Virus record (IMG/VR): IMGVR_UViG_3300031519_004866
Source of the DNA: a virus
Direction: 5' to 3' (one strand)
DNA: 64,000 bases
Shown here: piece by piece, positions 1 through 10,300 of the stretch
Position numbering within the stretch: position 1 is the stretch's first letter
Layout of the letters: each line of letters begins with the position of its first letter
Notes under the pieces: generated by a model
What the model was told of the DNA's origin: nothing
Seen by the model: the letters and a program-made list of their open reading frames with translations, nothing else
The model's database searches: none
Program-made: the position numbers and the translations under genes

Positions 1-2
1 GG

Positions 3-374
3 ATCGAAATTAGCAGTAGATCCGTGGCTATATTCTTCGCCGTAATATGATAGGCTAGGTTCGTAATCTTTGTCGGCTGCGACAAGGATCGATTCTACCT
101 CGACTTTCTGAATTTCAACTTCACCAAGTTCGGGGCAGTCTACTTTCATCTTTCTTGACCAACGACCGTGTGCAATTAAAATCCAATCACCTGGTTCGTA
201 TTCGTCTTTGTTCGCAGGACCTTTAGCATAAACTCTTGCCCAACGAGCCTTAACACCATGTGCTTTACCATCATCATTTCCAATGATAATTCCACCTGAT
301 GTGGTTGTTTCCCCGAAGTGCATATCGTATACTAATACATTATCGTGGATTGGTTTAACTTTACCTTTAATCAT
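3..374 (-). CDS. groES: Co-chaperonin GroES (3' end runs off window)
   Basis: Not in ORF track; manual translation MIKGKVKPIHDNVLVYDMHFGETTTSGGIIIGNDDGK...GRWSRKMKV...VESILV has the GroES 'P..D.V.V' and 'T.SGII' mobile-loop motifs; SD AGGA upstream. Confidence 0.9.
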   Translation of the reverse strand, partial: MIKGKVKPIHDNVLVYDMHFGETTTSGGIIIGNDDGKAHGVKARWARVYAKGPANKDEYEPGDWILIAHGRWSRKMKVDCPELGEVEIQKVEVESILVAADKDYEPSLSYYGEEYSHGSTANFD

Positions 375-390
375 TTCTTATCCTAACTAA

Positions 391-612
391 TTATTTTTTG
401 CGACTAACAATTTCTTCTTTAATAGCCCTTGGATTTTGTTTGTAGTAGTCTGCTAATACTTCTTCTCTTGTACGAACAATTGCACCACCTGCGCCTAATT
501 CGTCACCGCGAGCATTTACTTTTGCATTTCCTACAGCAGGAGTTTCTTCATTTCTAAGATTTAACTTTTCCATGTCAACTTCCTTGCCTCTCATACTTTT
601 TACTAGTGCCAT
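391..612 (-). CDS. Hypothetical phage protein (73 aa)
   Basis: Co-oriented in operon, SD GGAG upstream, sits between DnaE fragment and groES. Confidence 0.8.
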   Translation of the reverse strand: MALVKSMRGKEVDMEKLNLRNEETPAVGNAKVNARGDELGAGGAIVRTREEVLADYYKQNPRAIKEEIVSRKK

Positions 613-623
613 AACTTATTCTC

Positions 624-1103
624 CTATGTTTTGGGTTCTTCTTTAAAAAACTCATTTAATGGTATATTGTATTTAATACTATCTATCTTATGGACCCCTA
701 GTAAGTGGAGTACATAACTAGCTACGCTACTACCTCTACCAACACCCCAAACAATATTGTGTTGTCTTAGTGTGTCTATTATATATACCATTTGTTTAAG
801 TAGTGGAAATAAATTTCTGTTTTCAAATTCTGTTAATTCAATTACTGCTCTTTGATATTGTTCTTCGTTCTGTGTCTTTGATAGTACAAAGTCAATGATA
901 TTCATGTCTCTATATTTTTGAGGCACGAACCAATTAGAATGATCGATATCAGTCTTAGGTAATGGGTAATCTAAGAATTCTTGAGAGATTCTGTTCTTGT
1001 AAACTGTAAGGTCATCGTTACATATACAGTTTTCTAAGATGTTAGGACCATATTTTACTATGCCCTTAATTAGTTGTTCAGTAGTATTTGTTTTAGTCCA
1101 CAT
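624..1103 (-). CDS. dnaE: Stand-alone fragment of DNA polymerase III alpha (DnaE) polymerase domain
   Basis: WGVGRGSSVASYVLHLLGVHKIDSIKYNIPLNEFF matches DnaE motif G.GRGS.AGSLVAY.L.IT.IDP..Y.LLFERF; only 159 aa, ends before catalytic PDxDxD. Confidence 0.8.
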   Translation of the reverse strand: MWTKTNTTEQLIKGIVKYGPNILENCICNDDLTVYKNRISQEFLDYPLPKTDIDHSNWFVPQKYRDMNIIDFVLSKTQNEEQYQRAVIELTEFENRNLFPLLKQMVYIIDTLRQHNIVWGVGRGSSVASYVLHLLGVHKIDSIKYNIPLNEFFKEEPKT

Positions 1104-1326
1104 TAATCAATTGATCCAAATCCTGGTCTTGTTCTTCAAATTTCATATTAATGGCTCTTTGTGAAAGCTCATTTCTATATATTATAACAAATGTTTGGAG
1201 TTGTGTCAATAGGTCTTGATTGCCAAAACGTGCGGCTAGGTAATATTTTTTGTTCAATTCAGACAGCTTTTGTTCAACATCAACTGTCTTCATCTCACTA
1301 AGATCTTTCTCTAATGGATGGAACAT
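1093..1326 (-). CDS. Hypothetical protein (77 aa, helical)
   Basis: TAATG coupling with upstream gene, overlaps downstream start. Confidence 0.75.
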   Translation of the reverse strand: MFHPLEKDLSEMKTVDVEQKLSELNKKYYLAARFGNQDLLTQLQTFVIIYRNELSQRAINMKFEEQDQDLDQLINVD

Positions 1327-1940
1327 TAGCTATAGATGCCCAAGTATTTCATAAAGATTGTTGTTTGGTCATGTCTCCAAACTTCAATAAACGTAGGATT
1401 AGTTGTTGATGATATTACAAGGCTTGCAGGAAAGTTAGCATCTTTCTTAATAACAGTACCACCAGTTGTTGTAAATGTAACAGCTCTATCACCTGCACCT
1501 GATGTGCGAAGTTCTAAAGTTATTTTACTTACGCCACCTTGGGTAGCAGTTTCTTCACCGTTTGCAGGATCACCTGCAAGATTAGTAAAGTTTAAGTTTA
1601 ACGCTGAAGATGCTGCAAGTATAAAGTAAGAACCAGTTTGAAAATCAATTTCAGTAACTGTTCCACCGACTAACGGCACAGTACCAAGATTATTAGTTTT
1701 TTCTCTATTGTTTAAAAATACAGATCTAGTAATTTGGTTTAACTGAAAGTCGTTAACATACGCACCACCACCTGGATTTGTTAATCTAGCAGTAGTATCT
1801 TCAAGTGCTTGTACTTCTGTTTTAGTAGTTTGCAAACTTGTTTTAATTGTATCAAAATTATCTCTAAATGTCTGAGTGTCGTTATCGGCACCAGCCACTG
1901 GAAAATTTTCATTAATGCTTAAATAATTTATATTGCTCAC
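1326..1940 (-). CDS. Putative virion structural protein
   Basis: Thr/Asn/Gly-rich, N-terminal 'DNDTQTFRDNFDTIK' reminiscent of fibre attachment helix; coupled to baseplate-like gene. Confidence 0.65.
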   Translation of the reverse strand: MSNINYLSINENFPVAGADNDTQTFRDNFDTIKTSLQTTKTEVQALEDTTARLTNPGGGAYVNDFQLNQITRSVFLNNREKTNNLGTVPLVGGTVTEIDFQTGSYFILAASSALNLNFTNLAGDPANGEETATQGGVSKITLELRTSGAGDRAVTFTTTGGTVIKKDANFPASLVISSTTNPTFIEVWRHDQTTIFMKYLGIYS

Positions 1941-4411
1941 GGTCTTTTCTCTCCACGTTGCGGGAATACAATGTATTTATCCTCAATTTGCCCATCAATT
2001 ATATCTACGATATAACGATCTGCTTCAAAGTTAATAGTCTTAAAATCAAAGCCATTTGCTTTAATTCTTGCTACTACTTTTTGAGACTTCCCTGGTTTAG
2101 TATAACATAACACTAGTGCTTTAGTAAACCCAAGTTCATATGTTGCGGTATCTTGGATACTTCTCATCCAAAGCGGTAAAAATCCTCGATCTCTTTCTCC
2201 TAATGTACGTATTCTCTTACGCATGTTATTTACTGAATTAGGAAAAATTCTTTGATGATCTGAGTCGCTAACTAGCGGAACATCACTATCAATAGTAATT
2301 GCGTCATAACTTACAATTATTTTACTATTAATGTTATCTTTTAGTTCTACTACCTGCGATATACTCTTACCATTTTTTTCTAAATCATCAACAAGATCCA
2401 CATATACTACTTCATATAATGTGTTATTAGTCAATGGGTCTTTTGCTATTGCTTGTTTAATATTACCAAACGTAAAACGTTTGTTGTAGTGATTCTGCCC
2501 CATAGCAGATACAAACATTTGTGCTGTTTTACTTTCAATCCCAGCAAACAGTAGTGCTTTTAGTTCACTTTGGATACCGTAATTTTGGTCTCCATATCGA
2601 TATATTTCTTCTGCTTTAAATATTGTAGAATCTGTAATAAAATTAAACCAATTTAATCTTTTCTGCTTAGACTGTAATGCTTTAACATATATGTTTGAAA
2701 ATACTTTTTGATTGTCAGCAACTACTTTAAGTTTAAATGTTCTTAAACTTTCAGCAAAATTTGCACCGTCTTGTGCTTTAACAGTGAATCTAAATTCTTT
2801 GTCAAAACTTGTAGTTGTTTGATCAAATGTTAAACTGAAATCTCTTGACAATGTTGATGAATCTTCGCCTGCACTATCTCGATCAAAGAATCTAGTTAAC
2901 CCCAACCCTTTATTATCCTGAAATTGTTTTACTTTTCCTTGAACTAACCCTGTAGGTAGAAATTCTAATCCAGGCGGAAGTGATCCACTCTCTAGTGTGT
3001 ACAGTAATCTTCCACCGTATAACAAACTTTTTGCTTCAACGTATATGTTGCTAGGATCATTAGGTTTAATAGTACCTCTATCACTAGGGGTAATCCATGA
3101 AATTGAACTTTCAATTTCACCAATGATGTCTACATTAAATGTTCTTTCAGCTGATGAAACTCCTAGTATCCAATAATTAGTGTCAGTTGGTAATTTATTA
3201 AGGTGTGCTTCAATACAAATATAAATTAGTCCATCAACTACAACAGCATCGTTAACGTTATAAGTACGCAAACTGCTCCAGTCGCCAGTGAGCACATAGT
3301 TAATTTTTGCAAGACTTACTGGAAAGTTTACAGCTCTCATTGTAAACTTATAATTTTCAGTAACAGCAGCTTGATAAGGAACAACGCCTGATAAGTCACC
3401 TGTTACTGTATCTAATGTTAGCCCCGGCGGCAATGTACTTGGAGTGCCATCTGGATTATTAGCAACTAAAAAATATGTAATAGTTCCTGACAGGGTTGGC
3501 GGATCGTATACATCTAATGGTAAAGTTAAAAAGTTGTTAGCTCTATACTTGCCTAAGTATGATGGAGTAATCCATAGTGGTTGTCTATCTCTACTAGAGT
3601 CTGCTTGAAACAAGTTTGTGTCAACTTGCATCAATGTGTTATCTGCTTGTAAAAATTCTTCAGTTACAACATATATTTTAAATGTTCTATGTACAGCATT
3701 TATACCGTCTGTAATTGCAACACTAAATGTATAACTTCTACTTAACTTATCAGGTATTCTACTACCTTCTGAAAAGTCATACCTTGTATTATCATAAAAG
3801 TATGTGTCAAATCCTGTTGAAGTATTTTTTGCAATGTCAAGCGGAACAGTATCAAACGAGTGTGTGTCGTATGCTCCTGATTCATTTGAGTTATATGCTA
3901 CTGCTTGAACTGGCTGTGTAAACCCAGAAATGTTACCGGTTTCGGACAGTAATAATCCAGGAGGTAATAATCCACTATTAGGAACAATATAGTATTTTAA
4001 AGTTTCCCCTGCAATTAAATCTTTATCAGTTGCTTCGAGTTGAAAGTTAACTTCTGAATCATCTAGTACAAAGTATGCATCGCCGTTACCAACATTTAAA
4101 TATCCAGCAGTTGTAATCCATTCTGGAAAGTCAGCACCATCAATAGACATACTAAATGTTCTATCCATACAGCCGTCTGTACCATCATTAGCTCTGATAA
4201 CAAACTTTGATTGTGTAACTTTTGTAACTTCGCCAGGTGCTCCTTTGATAACACCATCACGTAATATACAACCTATAGGAAGTTTACCTGCAATAATAGT
4301 GTATGAAATTGGTTGACCAGAGTCAGTAGACGCTTGAATAGGAATATTTACAGTAACTCTTTCTTCAAAAGTTCCTAAATCTCCTGCAGGCGTAATCCAA
4401 GTAATTGCCAT
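1937..4411 (-). CDS. Putative baseplate wedge protein with repeated Ig-like modules
   Basis: Repeats 'WITPAG.LG', 'G.LPPGL.L...G.ISG' typical of Ig-like/He_PIG modules; in structural operon. Confidence 0.7.
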   Translation of the reverse strand: MAITWITPAGDLGTFEERVTVNIPIQASTDSGQPISYTIIAGKLPIGCILRDGVIKGAPGEVTKVTQSKFVIRANDGTDGCMDRTFSMSIDGADFPEWITTAGYLNVGNGDAYFVLDDSEVNFQLEATDKDLIAGETLKYYIVPNSGLLPPGLLLSETGNISGFTQPVQAVAYNSNESGAYDTHSFDTVPLDIAKNTSTGFDTYFYDNTRYDFSEGSRIPDKLSRSYTFSVAITDGINAVHRTFKIYVVTEEFLQADNTLMQVDTNLFQADSSRDRQPLWITPSYLGKYRANNFLTLPLDVYDPPTLSGTITYFLVANNPDGTPSTLPPGLTLDTVTGDLSGVVPYQAAVTENYKFTMRAVNFPVSLAKINYVLTGDWSSLRTYNVNDAVVVDGLIYICIEAHLNKLPTDTNYWILGVSSAERTFNVDIIGEIESSISWITPSDRGTIKPNDPSNIYVEAKSLLYGGRLLYTLESGSLPPGLEFLPTGLVQGKVKQFQDNKGLGLTRFFDRDSAGEDSSTLSRDFSLTFDQTTTSFDKEFRFTVKAQDGANFAESLRTFKLKVVADNQKVFSNIYVKALQSKQKRLNWFNFITDSTIFKAEEIYRYGDQNYGIQSELKALLFAGIESKTAQMFVSAMGQNHYNKRFTFGNIKQAIAKDPLTNNTLYEVVYVDLVDDLEKNGKSISQVVELKDNINSKIIVSYDAITIDSDVPLVSDSDHQRIFPNSVNNMRKRIRTLGERDRGFLPLWMRSIQDTATYELGFTKALVLCYTKPGKSQKVVARIKANGFDFKTINFEADRYIVDIIDGQIEDKYIVFPQRGEKRP

Positions 4412-4425
4412 TTAGTTGTAACTCC

Positions 4426-5004
4426 CTATGACAATCCGCCGACATCTAAATTGATTCCCGAAGCGTATGTGAGTGTACCAAAATCAATATTAGAACCTTG
4501 TAGCGCCAATTGTATTGCGTTTTCAAAAAGACCTGACCCAACAGGCCCAAAGTCGTATGTTGTTAAGTACTCTGTAACAGGTATAATAGTTTTAAATTTT
4601 ATAGTACTGCCTACAGAAGTAACTTCAATGTCTTTAACACCGTTTTCTGATAGCGGAGCACTTGTGCCTTCAAAAGTTATTTGTTGATGCACATTAGCAT
4701 ACATGCTACCTGCATCAGTATCAATTCTAGTAAATGCATCTGGTGCTGTGCTTGAAACAACAATTGCTTCTTCACCTTGGTCTAGTTGCATTTTAGTTCC
4801 AGCCACTAATTTTCTAAATTCTAAATTAGCCCCAGTTTTTTGTCTAAAAACATTAACACCGTTTGCACCTTGGTTAGTTGCAGTTATTGTTAATTCTGTT
4901 TCTAGTGTTGAAAAGTTTGTGTTTACTTTTTGGAACGCAGTGCGTAAATCGTCACCAAGTCCGTCGTTTACAATGTTACCAATGTTAATTAAACTGATTG
5001 TCAT
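4426..5004 (-). CDS. Structural protein with T4 gp9/gp10-like N-terminal motif
   Basis: INIGNIVNDGLGDDLRTAFQKVNTNF resembles gp9/10 N-terminus. Confidence 0.7.
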   Translation of the reverse strand: MTISLINIGNIVNDGLGDDLRTAFQKVNTNFSTLETELTITATNQGANGVNVFRQKTGANLEFRKLVAGTKMQLDQGEEAIVVSSTAPDAFTRIDTDAGSMYANVHQQITFEGTSAPLSENGVKDIEVTSVGSTIKFKTIIPVTEYLTTYDFGPVGSGLFENAIQLALQGSNIDFGTLTYASGINLDVGGLS

Positions 5005-5014
5005 TTATACGCTC

Positions 5015-5353
5015 CTATAATCCTGCTATTCTTGATTTAAATGCTGCAAAGTCAGCACTTGCTGCTACTTCAGTTTTTAATGTTGCTAAACTTATGTAGC
5101 CTGTAATATCGCCAGTAACGGTTAAGTTACCGTCTACAGTAGTGTTTTGCGCAACTGTAATAGCACTTGAATCTGTTGTAGTCATTACACTACCTGCAAA
5201 CTCGAACGCACCTAAATTAAGTCCACCGCTATCTAATCCTAGCTCAGTATATAATTCTGTAAAGTTAGTATTAATCTTTTCAAACGCTGAGCGTATTGAG
5301 TCACCTGTTCTATCGTTTGCGGATGTTCCAATGTTTACTGTTAGTTTACTCAT
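5015..5353 (-). CDS. Short structural protein with gp9/gp10-like N-terminal motif
   Basis: VNIGTSANDRTGDSIRSAFEKINTNFTELY. Confidence 0.7.
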   Translation of the reverse strand: MSKLTVNIGTSANDRTGDSIRSAFEKINTNFTELYTELGLDSGGLNLGAFEFAGSVMTTTDSSAITVAQNTTVDGNLTVTGDITGYISLATLKTEVAASADFAAFKSRIAGL

Positions 5354-5366
5354 CTATCTATCCACC

Positions 5367-7319
5367 CTATACCAAGTTAACCCAAGCACTATCTTCATAG
5401 CCTTGAAATTTATTATCAGTGGAATTGTAAATAACCATTCCATTTACCGCAGCTAGTGCATTACGCTGTGTGGTAGTTAAACTGCTAAACTGTACAAAGC
5501 CTGTGCTAACTATGTTTCCTGCGTTAATTACTGGAGCAGTTAATTCGTTTTGTACACTAACATCACTGCTAAACACTGTCATTGGTGTAACAGTAATTGC
5601 ACTACTATCTGCACTGTCAATTAAGTTTGTAAATATGTTTCCAGTGTGTGTTCCAATAACATCGCCGTATATTTTATTTTCGACCGAGTCAATAATCTTA
5701 GTAGAGTCATCACCAAATACACTACCTTTTATATCGCCTGTATGATAACCTGTTGAGTTACCTGTTAAGTTACCTACAACATTACCTGTTACATCACCTG
5801 TTAATGAAGCAATCACTTTGTTATCAACTGCATCAATCATGAGCGTTGAATCGTCTGCAAATAAACTTCCTGTTACATCGCCTGTAATGCTACCAACAAA
5901 TTGATTTGAATATACAGTATTAAATGGACTTGAAACTGATCCAATTGTAGTACTAAGCCCTGATGGTAATATTGATGTAAGAACTATATCATTTCCAGAA
6001 GTTGCAATAGGAACACTATCAATGTATAACGGTCCTTGCGTATCTACTGGACCAACAATTTTCGACAACACCCCATCAATAAGTAATGCACTGTCATCAC
6101 CAAATACACTACCGTTAATATCAATTTCTTTGTTAACAGTAAATATTAACTTGTCATTGATAGTATCAGTAGTAATAGTAATTCCATACCCATTTTCAAA
6201 CGTTAAAATATCAGCAGTATTATCTGCTGCAATGTTTGTTTGTCCATCGACTGCAATTTGTTGGAATGTTGGTACAGCTGGCGCCGAGTTTGAAACAGTT
6301 GCAACACCTGTTGCACCATCTGTTGAAACTGTAATACCAAAACCTTGTTGTACTTCTAGTACACCTGTGTTAGTAAACTGTACTGCGCCAGTTGTTGTAC
6401 TAACTGTAACACCTTCTCCCGGTGTACGTCCTGTTGCTCTAGCTGGAATGTTAGTTGTATTTTGTGCAGATGTAACACCTGTGTTAGTAATAGTTACATT
6501 GCCTGTTGCAGAACTAACTGAAATACCTGTACTAGCAATAGATTGTGTTACACCAGCATTAATAAATGTAATGCTGTCTGCATCACTACCTGCAACTAGT
6601 TGAACTCCCGTTCCACCGTAAAACGATAGTGTATCGTTAGTGTGATCAGCTTCAACAATGTCGCCATCGTCTAAGTTAATGTATCTAAAATATCTTTTTT
6701 CAGGATCAATAATTAAATCGCCTGCAATTGTTGAACCAAAAGGTAAATCAACTTTTCCTGATTCTCCTTTAATACGAGCTGTTCCTAAATATAATCCGTT
6801 ATCTTCTTGTCCAGCTACTTGTAATGTTTCAGCAATGTGTGCTTGTTTCCATTTGTGTGTAGCATCGCCAAATACATAAGTTGCATCAGTTCCTGGCTTA
6901 ATTGAAGTTGTTAATGCTTCAAGGTTAAGAGCACTAAACTCTAACAACGGTTGCGCTAATCCACTACCGGTATATGCGCCAAATCCTGTGCCGTCGGTTG
7001 GAGTAGATATTCCTGCATCGCTAAACAATCCAAACGCGATATTTGAAGCAACATCAACAAAAAATGTTTGTCCATTAAGTTGAGTCATACCAGCAGCATT
7101 TGTAATTGTTACACGCTGCCCGTCAACTAATCCGTGTGCTGCTGAAGTTGTTACTATAACTGGACTTGCTTGAGTAGCAGAAATAATAGACTTTTGCTCT
7201 CCCCCTGCAAGTGTTGCACCAATGGTTACAAAGTTTGCATTAACTTCATCTAATGCTTTTCTAAAGCTATCCCAAACTAGTGGAGGATTACCAGGTTGTA
7301 TGTTTGAATTATACGCCAT
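5367..7319 (-). CDS. Tail fibre/spike-like protein with FCCH-like domain and GSVFGDDS repeats
   Basis: ISATQASPVIVTTSAAHGLVDGQRVTI module; three GS(V/L)F(G/A)DDS repeats; C-terminal 'RNALAAVNGMVIYNSTDNKFQGY...WVNL'. Confidence 0.75.
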   Translation of the reverse strand: MAYNSNIQPGNPPLVWDSFRKALDEVNANFVTIGATLAGGEQKSIISATQASPVIVTTSAAHGLVDGQRVTITNAAGMTQLNGQTFFVDVASNIAFGLFSDAGISTPTDGTGFGAYTGSGLAQPLLEFSALNLEALTTSIKPGTDATYVFGDATHKWKQAHIAETLQVAGQEDNGLYLGTARIKGESGKVDLPFGSTIAGDLIIDPEKRYFRYINLDDGDIVEADHTNDTLSFYGGTGVQLVAGSDADSITFINAGVTQSIASTGISVSSATGNVTITNTGVTSAQNTTNIPARATGRTPGEGVTVSTTTGAVQFTNTGVLEVQQGFGITVSTDGATGVATVSNSAPAVPTFQQIAVDGQTNIAADNTADILTFENGYGITITTDTINDKLIFTVNKEIDINGSVFGDDSALLIDGVLSKIVGPVDTQGPLYIDSVPIATSGNDIVLTSILPSGLSTTIGSVSSPFNTVYSNQFVGSITGDVTGSLFADDSTLMIDAVDNKVIASLTGDVTGNVVGNLTGNSTGYHTGDIKGSVFGDDSTKIIDSVENKIYGDVIGTHTGNIFTNLIDSADSSAITVTPMTVFSSDVSVQNELTAPVINAGNIVSTGFVQFSSLTTTQRNALAAVNGMVIYNSTDNKFQGYEDSAWVNLV

Positions 7320-10300
7320 TATGTTCTCCCTACCGCTACTTCAATGGTTCCAATATGATCGCTATCATATGTTTCTAATGCTTTACCAATGATAGTTCCT
7401 GCTCTAACATCACCATCGGCTGCAATTCCTACTCCGTGTATTGCTGCTGTCACTATCAAATCGCCTTTGTTAATTTTACCAACTACTCTAACTGGAATTC
7501 TGCCTTGTAATCCAACAAGGTTTTTAAGTCCAGGACATGCAGTATACATAACATATGCAGCTCTATCTGAAACAACGCCTGCTACTCTTGTATCAGCATA
7601 TCTATTAGATGTAGTAACTTCCTTGTCACCCCCAAATACTAACACTGTACCGACTTCGTATTCCTTGTCACCCTCGTAGTATTCAGCAAGGTCAGCAGCA
7701 TAAGTTGCTTCAAACCTTGATTCGCTTGGTGTTGTTCCTGTTAATGACCAACGTCCTGTAATTGTACCTGCTGTAGTATTACCACCAGTAGTTAACGCAG
7801 TAGTAAGTACTTGTGATGTTTCAATTGGAGCAAGTGAAACACCGCTTTGTGTTCTAAATCTGTGGTAATCGTTATCATAAAAGTTACGTTTATCAGATGC
7901 TAACGAACCTGTTTGTAAGTATAACCCACCACTACCGCTTGATCCTGTATAAAGTCTTGTGTAACTAGCAGTACCAGATGTACCATGCGCCATTGTTGTG
8001 TTGCCGCTGACTGTAAACGAATTTGTAGCGTTCCATATTCTTGCACTAGCATCTGCGTTACCGTCTCTTTGTATCAATGTACTTGAAGTTGAATTTGATG
8101 TTGCTTCAATTATGCTATAATCAACATCAGCAGTATTACTAGATCCACTAATTCTTCTTAAGAATCCTGTACTACTATATTGTGTTTTCTTAATAGCACC
8201 ACCGTCATCAACAATAGTAGTAAATGTTACATCGGCTGGTGTTGCAGGAGCAAGTGTGTTATTACCAATTACAGACTTAGCAGCAACATTTGTTAGTTTT
8301 GATTTTGGAATAGTACTGTTTGTAATAGTTACCCAACCGTCAGTAACAGTAAAGTATGTATTATCAAGTGCTACAATGCCTTTTTCTGCTTGTGTAATGC
8401 CAGTTGCATTTGCTCTTGTTTGGGCATTGGCCATAGCTAACTTACTTTGAGCAATCGCTGCTGATGCATTAATATCATTGTTTAAAATAACACCTGGTTG
8501 TATCTGTGCATCAATTGTACCAAGTGTTGAGTCTATGTCTAATGTAATATCACCAACTACTGTACTGTTAATAGCATCGTTACCGTTGCCAGTAAACACT
8601 AAAAGATCATTTGCTTTAAGGTTAGTAACTGTAAATTCTTGTAAGTTAGTAAATGTTAAACTTCTAAGGTTAACACCGTCTGTTGGTTGTGTAGGATCTG
8701 CAATATCAATAATCTTTTGATTACCTAGCGACATTGGAGACTTCATAGACAACGACCCGTCTAGAGCCATAAAGCCACCACTAATTGATGGTATTAAGTT
8801 AGCTTGTGTAATAGGAGCACCACTATGCGATGTACCTAGTCGTCTTTCCATATAAAGTCTTGTTGCGTTCTCTGTTGGAACAGTATCAACAGCGTTATCA
8901 GTAAATGCTGAGTCTGTTGAAAATTCACTAACTGGAACACCACGTTTAAATCCAATACCGTCCAAGTTACTCAAAGCAATAGCTGCTGAGAATGTAACCT
9001 GACCTGTACCTTGGTCAACTCTAAAGTATGGTCCAACGTTGAAGTTACCAAATTGGTCAGTGGTTACATAGAACACACGTCCCACTGTACGTTCATCAGT
9101 TTCAGTGTCAGGGTTAAATGCGTTAACCGGTGGTCCATAAATTTCTGTTGGATAGTTTGTATCAGCATATGAGCCAGTACCAATCTCAAGTAAATCGTGT
9201 GATGTAACACGAGTCAATGAAATCCTAATTGTTAGCTTACCTCTAGCACCAAGCGACCCTCTACGCACCGCTGATTTAATAGAGTATGTTGCTTCAAACT
9301 GTGTTAAGCTATCTACTAATGGACGGTCAAGTGTAAGTCTGCCCCATGGATTACCAGTTACAGTTTCATCTTCGTAGGTGTCAATTACATATATTTCACC
9401 GTTCCATACAAATGTACTACCTGCTACTCTTGATCTTTCTTGCGGTGCAACAGCAACAACTGCAAAACTACTATCTCCTACTGCCCCTGTTGGAACATGA
9501 TATGTATGTGTACCTGTTTGTGTGCCAGTTGTGTCAACTTGAACAGCGCCTGCTAGTGTTGGATATCCAACACTTACTGTAAATGTGTTTGAATCTAAAA
9601 CTGTGTGTACAAAGTAATGGTTACTTGTGTTTAACCCTGTTGGCAATGCGCCTGTGGTGTTAAGAGTAATTGGGTCACCTTGACTAAATCCGTGGCTGGA
9701 TTTTGTAATCACTCCTGGACTTGCAACCGACACTGTAAATGTCTGTGTTGTAGCAGCTTTTGCTTCACCTGGTTTGTAAACAGTTAAGTCAATGTAGTTA
9801 TAGTTTTCTCTAAGTGTTGTTCTAGTAAGACCTTCAATAATCGCACTATGCGTACCAGTACCAGTATTAGTAATTTCAACTGGCCCAGCTCCGTTAATAA
9901 TATTTGATATTTCAAAAGTTGTTGCAGTTAGATTTTCTTCTCTAATCCAATACGTTTCACCTGCAGTGATTCCTGCTGGTAATGTATTACTTGAACTAAA
10001 ACTTAGTCTATAGTTGTATAGTAGTTTGTGTGGAACAACTACTTTTAAATTAGGAGTTGCATCTGATAGTGTTACTGCACTACCGCCTGCAGATGTACTT
10101 AAAACAACGCTAGTATATGCTGGTACGTCGATAACATGGTATGTTGTACCGCCAGTTAATCCACCACCAGAGCCGTCTGGAACAATTGTATCTCCAACAA
10201 CTAATCCGTGATTCTGACTAAATGTTGCTACATTTCCGCTTGATGCAGTTGTTGATATAGTTGCTTTAAATGTAAACACACCAGGATTAGTAGCAGTAGC

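Noticed and set aside
1974-1979. Isolated TAAATA hexamers far from starts (e.g. 1974, 63763)
   Set aside because: The hexamer is common in AT-rich DNA; without fixed spacing they are only weak promoter candidates and were not counted as leaderless evidence
5706-6113. 21-nt direct repeat as a possible DGR template/variable pair or CRISPR repeat
   Set aside because: Only two exact copies, in frame within protein repeats; no reverse transcriptase, no adenine-specific variation, no spacer pattern
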